NCBI RefSeq assembly: GCF_009914755.1
Contig: NC_060936.1
Strand: one strand, 5' to 3'
Source: the human T2T-CHM13v2.0 reference genome, Homo sapiens
Length of the DNA stretch: 64,000 nt
Below, piece by piece: positions 22,527 to 39,284 of this stretch; position 1 is the stretch's first letter, and every line of letters begins with the position of its first letter. The notes below the pieces were generated by a model. The model searched no databases. It was given only the letters and a program-made list of their open reading frames with translations, and was not told where the DNA came from. The translations under genes were made by a program, and so were the position numbers.

Positions 22527-22587
22527 CTCAAGATCACCTTTGGTAATTGATTCTTCTTCAACCCGGAACTGAAGGTCCTCAACCTTC
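22527..22587 (-). CDS. CLIP1: CLIP1 exon 8 (61 nt; [20 protein letters not shown])
   Basis: Acceptor ttccacag|GAAG; donor GAG|gtaaaa. Confidence 0.96.
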
Positions 22588-22674
22588 CTGTGGAATAAAA
22601 CCCAAACAAAACACTTAAGAAACTAAGTAACACACAGCCTTTAAAAAAACAAAACAAACAAACAAAAAAACACG

Positions 22675-24458
<1,784 letters not shown>

Positions 24459-24915
24459 TTACTCTAAAACCTTATGTTAAAAAGCTTTCTCTATTTTAAT
24501 AGGTTATTCTCAACAGCTTTCCTGGAAGATAGATGATGAAAGTGATAAAGAACAATGTTAAAACACCTCTCATCTTTTTTGAAGCTGAAACACATATTAA
24601 GAGTAATCCACAAACAGCAGCTATAATCAATCATTGGTAAGGCCCTAGTAACCAAGCTGGCCTAACACAGACAGGCCAAAAGACCCGGACACAAAGACCA
24701 AACACTAAGGTCGAATCAAGAACAAAACTTCATCTCTGTGATCATGGAAACTGGCACCCCAGACTGTAGCTTTCAAACAAGCACAGCAAAGAAATGTACA
24801 CCCATTTCTTGTGCTCTCAAGTCTAGCTCCTCGGTGCCAAGCACCGGGCATGCTTCTCGGCTCCTCAGTGGCTTTAGAAACCATCACCATCTCCGCAACA
24901 AGGTCCAGACTTCAC

Positions 24916-25113
24916 CTGGTCATGTCCGTCCCGGGCCAGAGCTAGCTCCTGCTCTATCTCCCCCACGTGGCTCGTGGCCTTGGCCACCTCCGCCCTCTCC
25001 AGATCCCGTTCCGCCAGCAGCTGCTCAATGTGCTGCTGCTTCTCCTTCAGGGCCTCCTGGAGGGCAGTGGTACCGGAGATCTTCCTGGCGTAACGGGAGG
25101 AGGTTTCAGTCAA
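24916..25113 (-). CDS. CLIP1: CLIP1 exon 6 (198 nt): start of coiled coil ([11 protein letters not shown]...ARDGHDQ)
   Basis: ORF 24874..25194; acceptor tttacag|TTG; donor CAG|gtgaag. Confidence 0.97.
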
Positions 25114-25327
25114 CTGTAAAGGAAAGTTAGAGAAATGAAGGGCGATGATGCTGTCAGAAAAGCGAGGGAGGCGCGATGCATGCATGGCGGGCATCTGCTC
25201 GGCAAAGCAAGGGCGCTGCTCCAGCTGGCAGGCTGGCCAGGATTAGGAAAGGCTTCCTCAAAAACACAAGACAGTGTGTGCCTTCTGTCTATAAATCTCA
25301 CAAAGAATACATCAACGTAAAGAGATC

Positions 25328-25677
<350 letters not shown>

Positions 25678-26396
25678 AAAGGCCATCTGCTCAGCCACTG
25701 CTGGCTCCAGATCAAGTCAGCCTTGACTTCATCTTCTGCAGTCAGAGCTGCTGCAGCTGTCGCCTGAAAGCTCTTCTCTTCATCGGTTTCCCTAGGCCCT
25801 TACTGCAAGATGCACAGGATGCAGACTTACAGCGAGGATCTTTCCTCAATTAATAACTCGGCAACTTGAGAACTACAAAAGAATCAACCTTTTGTTCTTG
25901 AAATTACTTAAACATACCAGGAAGAAACTCCTGTTGTCTTTTTTAACCATTTGACCTTGACCTTCCAATTTCATTATATAGCTAAATTATACCTTCTCTT
26001 GCTAATATTTCTTCCTGAATACATTAAATGTGTGGTTCCCAAACCATGTGCAGAGATGCCCCAGGGTGCTGAGCAAACTCACCAGTGCACTGTAGGATGT
26101 TTTAAAATTTCAAGAGAAACACAGCGACATCTGCTGGACTCTGTGCAAACTACTAGTTTGAGGCAATTCAGTCTCATTAGATTGTCCTACAGTCCTTTCA
26201 ATAACATCATGTACTTTCAAAGCTGGGTTTTGGCTATTCCCATGACGAAAATGAAAGTATGATGCAAAAATCAACATGCACAGGAAATGAGGTTGGTGAT
26301 GAGAAATCAGATTCCAAGGCTTGACTAGATGTGTAGAGCCCAACAGCAGCGCACACAGTAACATGAAGTCATTCTGGTTATTAAAGAATGAATTGG

Positions 26397-28254
26397 GTCC
26401 CTCTCCCTCTCTCCCTCTCCCTCTCTCCCTCTCCCTCTCCCCACGGTCTCCCTCTCCCTCTCTTTCCATGGTCTCCCTCTGATGCCGAGCCGAAGCTGGA
26501 CTGTACTGCTGCCATCTCGGCTCACTGCAGCCTCCCTGCCTCAGCCTGCCGAGTGCCTGCGATTGCAGGCGCGCGCCGCCACGCCTGACTGGTTTTCGTA
26601 TTTTTTTGGTGGAGACGGGGTTTCGCTGTGTTGGCCGGGCTGGTCTCCAGCTCCTAACTGCGAGTGATCCGCCAGCCTCGGCCTCCCGAGGTGCCGAGAT
26701 TGCAGACGGAGTCTGGTTCACTCAGTGCTCAATGGTACCCAGGCTGGAGTGCAGTAGCGTGATCTCGGCTCGCTACAACCTCCACCTCCCAGCCGCCTGC
26801 CTTGGCCTCCCAAAGTGCCGAGACTGCAGCCTCTGCCCAGCCGCCACCCCGTCTGGGAAGTGAGGAGCCCCTCTGCCTGGCTGCCCAGTCTGGAAAGTGA
26901 GGAGCGTCTCTGCCCGGCCGCCATCTCATCTAGAAGTGAGGAGCGCCTCTTCCCGGCCGCCGTCCCATCTAGGAAGTGAGGAGCGTCTCTGCCCGGCCGC
27001 CCATCGTCTGAGATGTGGGGAGCGCCTCTGCCCCGCTGCCCCGTCTGGGATGTGAGGAGCGCCTCTACCTGGCCGCGACCCTGTCTGGGAGGTGAGGAGC
27101 GTCTCTGCCCGGCCGCCCCGTCTGAGAAGAGAGGAGACCCTCCGCCTGGCAACCGCCCCGTCTGAGAAGTGAGGAGCCCCTCCGCCCGGCAGCCGCCCTG
27201 TCTGAGAAGTGAAGAGCCCCTCCGCCCGGCAGCCACCCCGTCTGGGAAGTGAGGAGCGTCTCCGCCCGGCAGCCACCCCATCCAGGAGGGAGGTGGGGGG
27301 GTCAGCCCGCCACCCGGCCAGCCGCCCCGTCCGGGAGGGAGGTGGGGGGGGTCAGCCCCCCCGCCCGGCCAGCCGCCCCGTCCAGAAGGTGAGGGGCGCC
27401 TCTGCCCGGCCACCCCTACTGGGAAGTGAGGAGCCCCTCTGCCCGGCCAGCCGCCCCGTCCGGGAGGGAGATGGGGGGGTCAGTCCCCTGCCCAGCCAGC
27501 CGCCCCGTCCGGGAGGTGAGGGGCGCCTCTGCCCGGCCGCCCCTACTGGGAAGTGAGGAGCCCCTCTGCCCGGCTAGCCGCCCCATCCGGGAGGGAGGTG
27601 GGGGGGGTCAGCCCCCCGCCCGGCCAGCCGCCCCGCCTGGGAGGTGAGGGGCGCCTCTGCTCGGCCGCCCCTACTGGGAAGTGAGGAGCCCCTCTGCCCG
27701 GCCACCACCCCGTCTGGGAGGTGTACCCAACAGCTCATTGAGAACGGGCCATGATGACAATGGCGGTTTTGTGGAATAGAAAGGGGGGAAAGGTGGGGAA
27801 AAGATTGAGAAATCGAATGGTTGCCATGTCTGTGTAGAAAGAGGTAGACATGGGAGACTTTTCATTTTGCTCTGTACTAAGAAAAATTCTTCTGCCTTGG
27901 GATCCTGTTGATCTGTGACCTTACCCCCAACCCTGTGCTCTCTGAAACATGTGCTGTGTCCACTCAGGGTTAAATGGATTAAGGGCGGTGCAAGATGTGC
28001 TTTGTTAAACAGATGCTTGAAGGCAGCATGCTCGTTAAGAGTCATCACCACTCCCTAATCTCAAGTACCCAGGGACACAAACACTGCGGAAGGCCGCAGG
28101 GTCCTCTGCCTAGGAAAACCAGAGACCTTTGTTTACTTGTTTATCTGCTGACCTTCCCTCCACTATTGTCCTATGACCCTGCCAAATCCCCCTCTGCGAG
28201 AAACACCCAAGAATGAACAATTAAAAAAAAAAAAAGAAAAAAGAAAAAAAAAAA
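26397..28254 (+). mobile_element. Full-length SVA retrotransposon (likely SVA_D-like), antisense to CLIP1, in intron 5
   Basis: CCCTCT hexamers (26399-26480), antisense Alu-like domain (to ~26830), GC-rich VNTR (~26830-27720), SINE-R (27720-28220), poly(A) 28223-28254. Confidence 0.97.
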
Positions 28255-28547
28255 CCACTTGTTGAAATATTGAGTTAGATATGGAAGGGGGCAGTATGGC
28301 ATAATGACTTAAGGTCCAGTTTCTGTATACAAGTCTTAGCTCCATCACTTCTTAGCTATTTTACCTTCAGTGAGCTACCTGACTTCAGTTGAGCCTCAGT
28401 TTTCTCATCTGTAAATTGGGTATATATTTCATAGGATTGTTTGATAAAATGTAAGATAAAATGAAATAACTTTGTAAAATGCTTATTACATTGTCTGGCA
28501 CATGGTATTTCCTCAATAAATAGTTGACTTTAAAAAAAAAAAAAAAA
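28255..28547 (+). mobile_element. SVA 3'-transduced segment (mostly a MIR) with its own AATAAA and second poly(A)
   Basis: Lies between the SVA poly(A) and the 3' TSD copy aaagaatgaattgg (28545-28558; 5' copy 26383-26396); MIR core gagcctcagttttctcatctgtaaattggg at 28391-28420; AATAAA at 28515-28520. Confidence 0.88.
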
Positions 28548-28556
28548 GAATGAATT

Positions 28557-28875
28557 GGCCAGGTGTGGTGGCTCACGCCTCATGCCTGTAATCCCAGCAC
28601 TTTGGGAAGCAGAGGCGGGCAGATCACCTGAGGTCAGGTGTTCGAGACTGGCCTGGCCAACATGGTGAAACCTCGTCTCTGCTAAAAATACAAAAATTAG
28701 CCGGGCATGGTGGCGTGTGCCTATAATCCCAGCTACTTGGGAGGCTGAGGCAGGAAAATCGCTTGAACCCGGGAGACAAGAGGTTGCAGTGCGCTGAGAT
28801 CGTGCCACTGCACTCTAACCTGGGCAACAGCAAGACTCCATCTCAAAAAAATAAAAAATAAAAATAAAAACAAAT
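28557..28875 (+). mobile_element. AluS-like element with TSD aaagaatgaatt
   Basis: Full dimer; TSD copies at 28545-28556 and 28876-28887. Confidence 0.93.
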
Positions 28876-30742
28876 AAAGAATGAATTAAATTTTTTTCAA
28901 TTTTTGTTTTTCTAAAACAGAAATACATTTCTGAGCAAAGTAACTGAAATGACACTTTCAATTTCTCTATCTTTGTCATACTATTTTATGGTGATTTTTG
29001 GCTTAGAAACCATAAAGACACAAAAATAAGCTGTCTCACAGGTACAGAAACTCACGTCTCTTTTGTCAATTTTCACTGAATGAGGTGAGCTAAGAGGTAC
29101 AAGAACTGGTCCAAAAAGTAAGAGGAGAGATTGGCGGGAGCAGGGAGAGCTTGCTATTTCCCAAAGAAATGGACACAATTAAAAGGTAATAAAAATTACT
29201 CAAGAAAGAATTCCTAATCCAGAATAGACCCTCCCATGGAATTGTTCCTAGAACAGCAAAGGAGGCAAGCTGTCCCTATCAGAGTTTCTGACCCACATTA
29301 AACAAAGCTCTGTCTGAACACAGGGGTTTGGGGCTCTTCTCCATTTCATTGTTCTTGTCATGCTTTTCTCATAAAAGTAATTTTTCTGTTGAAGATGCAG
29401 GCTTCCTCTTTATGCGCAAATGGAAATGCTCTGAGCAGTACTTATTCTACCTGAACATAGAGGAAGGAAGCCTAGATGGCTGGCAGAGGAGCACAGCCCC
29501 ACGTGAAGATTTCAGCACCTGTCCCTTCTCTGCCCGACGACAATGGAAGAGCAGGCACCGTGAGATCCTGGGCTAACCACCTCCTCCCCGCAGCACAACG
29601 CAACATCCTAGCTCCTGGTCTGCGGTTCCCCACCACCCAGCGGAGACCTGAACTCAGTCTGAGGAAAGTCTGATGCCGCCATTTCTAACTTAAACAGTAT
29701 TTGCCCCACTTCTAGGTAATAAACTTATGGGCAGGGCTTTGACCCTAATAAAATAACACCTTAATAAACAGAATGAGGTGTTGCCTATTTTAATGCTAGT
29801 GATTCTATTTTTACTGCTCTAAACAGGAAAAAGAGGGAGAGAGGGAAAGGGACCAGGAGAAGAAGAGGAAAGAAGAGAGTAATCAAAACAGGCTTTCCTA
29901 GTATCCTCTTCCAGCTCCAAGAGTTCCCTTTAGTGTCCTCTGGCTCAAGTCAGGGACACTTCACACACTAACTGCTTCCAGTAGGTCAGGTTGTATTAAC
30001 ATTAAAATCCTATTAACACACCTTTTCTCAAAACACTTCACTTCCTAAAATTATTTGAAGTCAAAGAGAAAGAGAGGCTGGGAGCAGTGGCTCACGCCTG
30101 TAAATCCCAACACTTTGGAAGTCCAGGGCAAGAGGATCACTTGAGCCTAAGAATTCGAGACCAGCCTGGGCAACACAGTGGGTCCCTCTCTCTACAAAAA
30201 AAAAAAAAAAAAAAAATTAAATTAACCAGGCGTGGTGGTGTGCACCAGTAGTCCCAACTACTGGGGAGGCTGAGGCAGCAGGACTGCTTGAGCCTGGGAC
30301 GTTGAGGCTGGGTGACAAAGTGAGACCCTGACTCAAAAGAAAAAATAAAAAAAAGAGAGAGAGGGAGAGACAGATCTATGGACTTGAAGAAAAGGATCTC
30401 TCCAATGTTCCTATCATTTTGTCCTAAAATAATTTCATAGAAAATAATTTGACCCCTGTGTTAGACTAGGCAGTAGTTATACAGATTCACCAAGAACACA
30501 TGCATTTTTAAGCTTTTAAGAATCTGAAAGGGACTATTAAAAGCACTTTCTGATTTCAAAAAACGCATTCTTGCTGGAGTTACATTTTTCAAAACTTACT
30601 TGCAAAGACTTTCACAGCAAAAGCTGTGAGCAACATTCAGCACAAGGACAAGCAAAGCAGCAAAGCAGCAAAGCAGGGGCACTGACCACGGGCCTTAATC
30701 CTGCCTGGGAAGTGGAGGCAGGTAGTGAGAAAGGGGCCTTAC

Positions 30743-30965
30743 TAGTCCTGTCCGACTGGGCCTGCTGCTCACAGAGGAGGCCACTGAGCTCATGGAGCTG
30801 AGGGAAGAGGCAGAAGGGCTGCGCTTCAGGCTGGCGGACGTGGTCGCCATCACTCGCCTCACTGCGTTGGCCTTGGCTTTGGCTGGTGTAGTGGAAGGGA
30901 AGCCAATCTTGGTAACTTTGTGGACAGGAGCGAACAAGCCATATTTGGGTTGACACTGAAAATAC
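30743..30965 (-). CDS. CLIP1: CLIP1 exon 5 (223 nt): end of CAP-Gly 2 and basic/Ser-rich region ([17 protein letters not shown]...KRSPSASS...RTGL)
   Basis: ORF 30695..30937; acceptor ctctaaag|GTATTT; donor CTA|gtaagg. By my codon count it contains T287-P and S312, known regulatory phosphosites. Confidence 0.97.
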
Positions 30966-31636
30966 CTTTAGAGAACAATAAGAACAATAACAAAAAACAA
31001 CTTAATCACAAGAAATAATAACTATAACCAAAAGGTTCTCCCAACTCCTAACTTACGGTTGGATTCCTGGAAATTCTACAGCTAAGCTGGGGTTACACAC
31101 CAGCACGTAGCAGTCACATGTATGTAGGCTAACAACCTCAGTGATGGTTTAGAACACACACTGGTGACAATATGATACACAGAGTCAGAATTGCTCACCT
31201 GTTGCTGAGATTCTGCATAAAGGAAATAAATATTTTCACAACCTGATAAATGTACAGCAGAGGAGTTTAGCAATAGAACAAGCCCATTTAATAAAACCGT
31301 GCCAAACAAAGGGAAAGGAAATCAAACAGGCACCTAACTTTGGCAGATCCATTAAAGTAAACATGAAGAGTTGGACGTGGTGGCTCACGCCTGTAATCCC
31401 AGCACTGTGGGAGGCCGAGGCGGCAGATCACTTGAGCCCAGGAGTTCAAGACCAGCCAGGGCAATATGGACAGACCCCGTCTCTACAAAAAATACAAAAA
31501 CTAGCCAGGCATGGTGGTGCAGGAGGCTCTCTTGAGCCCAAGAGGTCAAGGCTGAAGTAACCCGAGATTGCACCACTGTAGTCCAGCCTGGGTGACGGGG
31601 TGGACTCTGTCTCAAAACAAACAAATAAAAAACTCA

Positions 31637-32016
<380 letters not shown>

Positions 32017-32166
32017 TGAGCCACCATGCCCCGCCCAAAAAATATATACTTTTTTTAATTAAAAAAAAAAATCTACCCAAACTTAACTGTAGAGAAATAT
32101 AAATACAAAATGGCTAACATACAGGAAAAATCTAGTTAAAAAAAAGAGGCCAGGCGCCGTGGCTCA

Positions 32167-32421
<255 letters not shown>

Positions 32422-32423
32422 TC

Positions 32424-32455
<32 letters not shown>

Positions 32456-33761
32456 CATTGAAAATTTTTAATGTCTGTTTCAATAAAAATATGATAAAAA
32501 AAAAAAAAGATAAAGTACTCTGCAAGTATAGCATTGAGAAGACCCAGAAAAAACAAAACGGCATTGGAGGGAAAAAAAAAAAGTAAACATGGAGAAATAT
32601 TAACTATTAATGTCTATTTTCAGACTGACATGGGCAATGCCATGACTCTAAAGGATTACAGTGTTTTAATATGAAGAAAAGATGGCTTCATAATCATTGC
32701 AGTTCCAAGAGAGCTTTATCTCTATGAGTCATAATTACTGTATCTGGTAGATAAAGCCCTTTTCTCTATAATTAATTTGCTTATAACCAATTTGTCTGTT
32801 TTATAAGTAAAATGTTAACTACCACATTTTAATAATCAAGTGATGCATTAATGTACTGTATACTACTAATAATGCATCATAGACAACACCTGTGCCTTCA
32901 AAACATTTTGAAAAGAAAAGTGGGAAATTCCTTCTGCATCTGTGTGCATTACTGTACTCCCATCCTGTGTCTGGGAGGCAAGAACGGGGTTATCCAGGCT
33001 GGACGCGGTGGCTCACACCTGTAATACCAGCACTTTGGGAGACCAAGACAGGTGGATCACTTGTGCCCAGGAGTTTGAGACCAGCCTGGGCAACACCCCG
33101 TCTCTACTAAAAATACAAAAATTAGCCAGGCATTGTGGCGTGCGCCTGTAATTTCAGCTACTTGGGAGGCTGAGGCAGGAGAATTGCTTGAATCCAGAAG
33201 GGGGAGGTTGCATGCACTGAGCCGAGATGGCGCCACTGCACTCCAGCCCGGCCAACAGACAGAGGCCCTGTCTCAAAAAAAAAAAAAAAAGAATGGGGTT
33301 ATCCTTACGATGGAAGAGGTCCGCTTGCCGGTCTGTTCTCCTGCCGCAGGATGGAATTCTCATCAAATATGAAGACACATTTTGCAGTTCTTTTCCCTAA
33401 TAAAGGTGGCTACCTTCTGCCCCCGCCCCCTCCCCAGACGCCCAGGTATTCTTTCAGAAGTCAACTCCTATCAAAAGGGAGAGAAGCCAGACAGATAACA
33501 TGGTATTTCCTATTTTGAAAAATAAACAGAATGCTTGTTCAGAATCTACTCAGACATACTACATGTATTACTAAGGAGACAGTCAAAAAGAACAGCCCCA
33601 ATTTTAGTGTGGGGAAAAAAAATTAGCAGATGGGTCTTAGGAAATAAAAGTGCCACTCTTCCAAACACAACTTTCCATGTTATGATACACGCTTGGTGAG
33701 ACTGGCCTGAGCATCGTCACGTACAAGAGTGACACAAGATGTTGCACAACGCCAAACAAAC

Positions 33762-33886
33762 CTTGTTCCAGCAACAGCGCCATCATTCTTCCCAAGTGGC
33801 TCATCTAACTCCACGCCACACCACTCCCCCTTGGCAAAGTCGGTCTCCCCAAGAAACCGGACTACACCAGCCTTAGTGCCACCAAC
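33762..33886 (-). CDS. CLIP1: CLIP1 exon 4 (125 nt): core of second CAP-Gly domain ([41 protein letters not shown])
   Basis: Acceptor cttcttccag|GTTGGT; donor ACA AG|gtttgt; second GKNDG motif. Confidence 0.97.
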
Positions 33887-34518
33887 CTGGAAGAAGAGAA
33901 GGTTAAAATAAAGAGATGAACATCACTCTATAGCTTAATCGTTTGTGGTCCCTACTAGTAACTAGGTACTACATTCCATCATTTCCACCAGCAACTTCTT
34001 TGCTTTAGCTTCTCTTTGACTCTAAGAGTTCTCTTGAAGGAAGTCTGGCAAAGAAACTTACCTGGCTGACTTATATTACCAGAGTGATTTGATGCCTAAT
34101 ATGTTGCAATAATGAGACAGCCAATCTAATATGCAGTCATTAAGGCTGTTCACCAAGTTCATTATTGCTTTTCTTAGAAAATACTTTTTTTTTTTTTTTG
34201 AGACAGGGTCTCACTCTGTCATCCAGGCTAGAGTGCAGTGGCACCATCATGGCTCACTGCAACCTTGACCTCCCGGGCTAGGGGATCTTCCCACCTCAAC
34301 CTCCTGGGTAGCTGAAACTACAGGTGCACACCACCAAACAGGCTATTTTTTTTTGTATTTTTTGTGGAGACAGGGTTTTGCCATGTTGCCCAGGCTGGTC
34401 TTGAACTCCTGGGCTCAAGTGATCTGCCCACCTCAGCTTCCCAAAGTGTTGGGATTACAGGCGTGAGCCACCACTCTTGGACCTCACTTTATTTTTCTAA
34501 CAGAAATGTTCCTGCTTC

Positions 34519-35474
<956 letters not shown>

Positions 35475-35866
35475 AGAACTGCTCCTGCTTCAAAACAAAC
35501 TTGTGGCTGGGCACAGTGGTTCATGCCTGTAATCTCAGCACTTTGGGAGGCCCAGGCAGGAGAACTGCTCGAGCCCAGGAGTTCGAGACCAGGCTGGACA
35601 ACATAAGGAAGACCCTGTCTGTACAAATAATAAAAAAAATTAGCCGGGCATAGTGGTGTGCGCCTGTGGTCCCACTCCTCAGGAAGCTGAGGTGGGAGGA
35701 TTGCTTGAGCCCAAGGGTTTGAGGCTGCAGTGAGCCACAGTTGTACCACTGCACTCCAGCCTGGGTGACAGAGTGAGACTCCACCTCAAAAAAATAAAAA
35801 AGTAAACAGGCCAGGCACGATGGCTCACGCCTCCCAGCACTTTGGGAGGCCAAGGTGGGTGGATCA

Positions 35867-36058
<192 letters not shown>

Positions 36059-36061
36059 CTA

Positions 36062-36511
<450 letters not shown>

Positions 36512-38753
36512 TCAAGTGGCTGAGGCACAAGAGTTGCTTGAACCAAGGAGGCAGAGGTTGCAGTGAGCCAAGACTGTGCCAATGTACTCCAGCCTGGGTG
36601 ACAGAGTGAGACCTTGTCTCAAAAAAAAGAGTACTAGTTCTAGACTTGACACATTTGACCTTTTAGTACTCGTTAGTACTAACACACAAATCATCACCTA
36701 TATAAAATTGGTCTCACTGCAGTTGAGTCAAAAGAAAATAAAGTCGGCCTCAATTTTCTCCTTCCTCCCACACCACACCATTCAGAGCAGCAGTCCAGCC
36801 AGCATCATGTGAGCAGGACACAGCACATTAGTTAAAGATGATGCAACCTCTTCAGACAATGTGTTAAATTCTTTGGGGATGAGTCGAAGTCACTGTCATG
36901 ACAATTGCTTTTCCAAGAGGCATCTAATAGGCTATAGTCAACAATTCTCCAAGCAAACTACAAGCTTCATTCAGATCAGCTTTGTAAAAAGTAATCACAA
37001 ATAACAAATTAGCAACTATTTCTCTAAATGCAGGTAATATACATGTATCCTGAAAAAAAAATTATGTCACAAAATTTGTCTGAAATGAATGATTACTAGT
37101 TCCTAGAACAAAAAGTTTTCTTATATTCTTTCTCCCACCAAACATGGAACTCTTCACTCATTTAACAGAAAATGTATTTTTCTTTTCCCTGTAAAAAATC
37201 AGTAGTTATTCTATGGAGACAGAAAGTCAGGTGAAGTCCTAAAATCATCAAATGTTTTTCTACTTAATCATTCTACAATCAAAAAACGTGTTTACGCATT
37301 TCAACGGGACTTTACAAAGTTAGGTTTTATTTCTCATGTGTTCCAGACAATGCAGAAAAGTCTAGTACATGCACGTACAGGAAACAGAAGCATTAAATAA
37401 TGCATTGACAATAAACAGAAGGCACTATTATCAAATCATATCTAAGAAATCTATGTTCTAAGACAAATATCTAAGTTATTAAAGAAAAACATTTTCAATA
37501 TTGAAACAAAAAACAAGGCCAGGTACAGTGGCTCATGCCTGTAATCCCACCATTTTGGGAGGCCAAGGCAGGAGGATCATCTGAGGCCAGGAGTTTGAGA
37601 CTGGCCTGGGCAACACAGTGAGACTCCATCTCTACAAAAATTTAAAAATTAGCCAGGCATGGTGGCATGTGCCTGTGATCCCAGCTACTGAGGCTGCAAG
37701 TGAGCTATGATCATGACACTGCACTCCAGCCTGGACAAGACAGTGAGACCCTGTCTCAAAAACAAACAAAAAAACTAAAAGATAGATTCCCATGGCAAAC
37801 ACAAACAAGCCCAATTCGTTCTCTTTACTCTCAGAATGTTAGCATGTAACTCCTAATACTGTGGTAAAAGTCACTACTGAAGACAGAATTAATTTAAACT
37901 AGAAACGCAAAAAAAACCCTAGATACTATTTTTATGCTTTAGCAAACCTCAGATTTTTAAGTTCTCATTTATTTATTCAATATATATTTCTTGAGTGTTT
38001 GGATCCTTAAAAAACAAGGATAAACAGAATACAGCGTTGGCCATTGAGGGAGACAGACAAGAAGATTCAGACAAGAAATTCCTGTAAAAAGTGTTAAGTA
38101 CATCAAGAGATTTCTACAAAATGCTGTGGGAACAGAAACAAATACCCTTCCTGTACGCTCCTGTAAAAAATAAAAACACTGATAAATTCCTGTTGGGTTA
38201 ATGAGTGGGTGTCTACAAACAGGAAACAGAAACAATCCTCTCTGGACTCTCTCATCTCTTCATTATCCAGTTCTCGGCAAGCCATTTAATCTCACAGTGC
38301 CTGAGTGCATAAAGCTATAAAATGTCTCAAGAGCAGTAATGAGGGGTTGTTTCACAGGAATTTTGTGAGCAGTCTTGTAAGGTGGCTTCTTATCTGCCAT
38401 ATTCCAAGATAAACAGCTTATTTTAAAAAATAAACATGGAGGCCAGGTGGGGTGACTCATGTCTGCAATCCTAGCTCTTTGGGAGGCCGAGGCAGGCAGA
38501 TCACTTGAGGTCAGGAGTTTGAGACAGGCCTGAAATTCTGTCTCTACTAAAAATACAAAAATTAGTCGGGCATGGTGGCAAGCACCTGTAATCCCAGCTA
38601 CTCGGGAGGTTGAGGCGGGAAAATCACTTCAACCCCAGAGGTGGAGGTTGCAGTGACCCAAGATCACACCACTGCACTTCAATAAAAAAAAAATAAAATA
38701 AAATAAACATGGTTAGCTGGTATTTGCCAAATACAAATGTAAGCCTCACTTAA

Positions 38754-39068
<315 letters not shown>

Positions 39069-39284
39069 TAGGATTACAGACGTGAGCCACCACGTCTGGC
39101 CACTTTTGATTACCTCAAGTAATATAATTACCTCCAGTGAAGGGCCAGTTCACCTTCCAGCAACTCTCCTACAGAGAAGGGTAAAATCTTCACTGGTCCT
39201 AAGTCGACCTCTGCTTGCCCTACTTTACTCTCTCCTTCATGGGTATAAAGTGACGACTGTATTCAAAACCCTCTGATTCTCTCC

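Noticed and set aside
26028-26382. Possible hAT-Charlie relic hosting the Alu/SVA insertions (gtggttcccaaacc start)
   Set aside because: The terminal motif is suggestive, but I cannot assign a family or boundaries without RepeatMasker.
26830-27720. Regularly spaced ~35-50 bp repeats superficially like a CRISPR array or a CpG-island promoter
   Set aside because: This is the SVA VNTR: tandem units without unique spacers, in a eukaryotic context with no cas genes.
26110-28216. Long Arg/Pro/Gly-rich ORFs (up to 231 aa) on both strands
   Set aside because: They arise from the stop-poor, GC-rich SVA hexamer, Alu-like, VNTR and SINE-R domains.
29050-29125. Possible cryptic exon ending at a GAC|gtgagt donor (29056/29055)
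   Set aside because: Several equally weak acceptors and no convincing frame; such motifs are common by chance.
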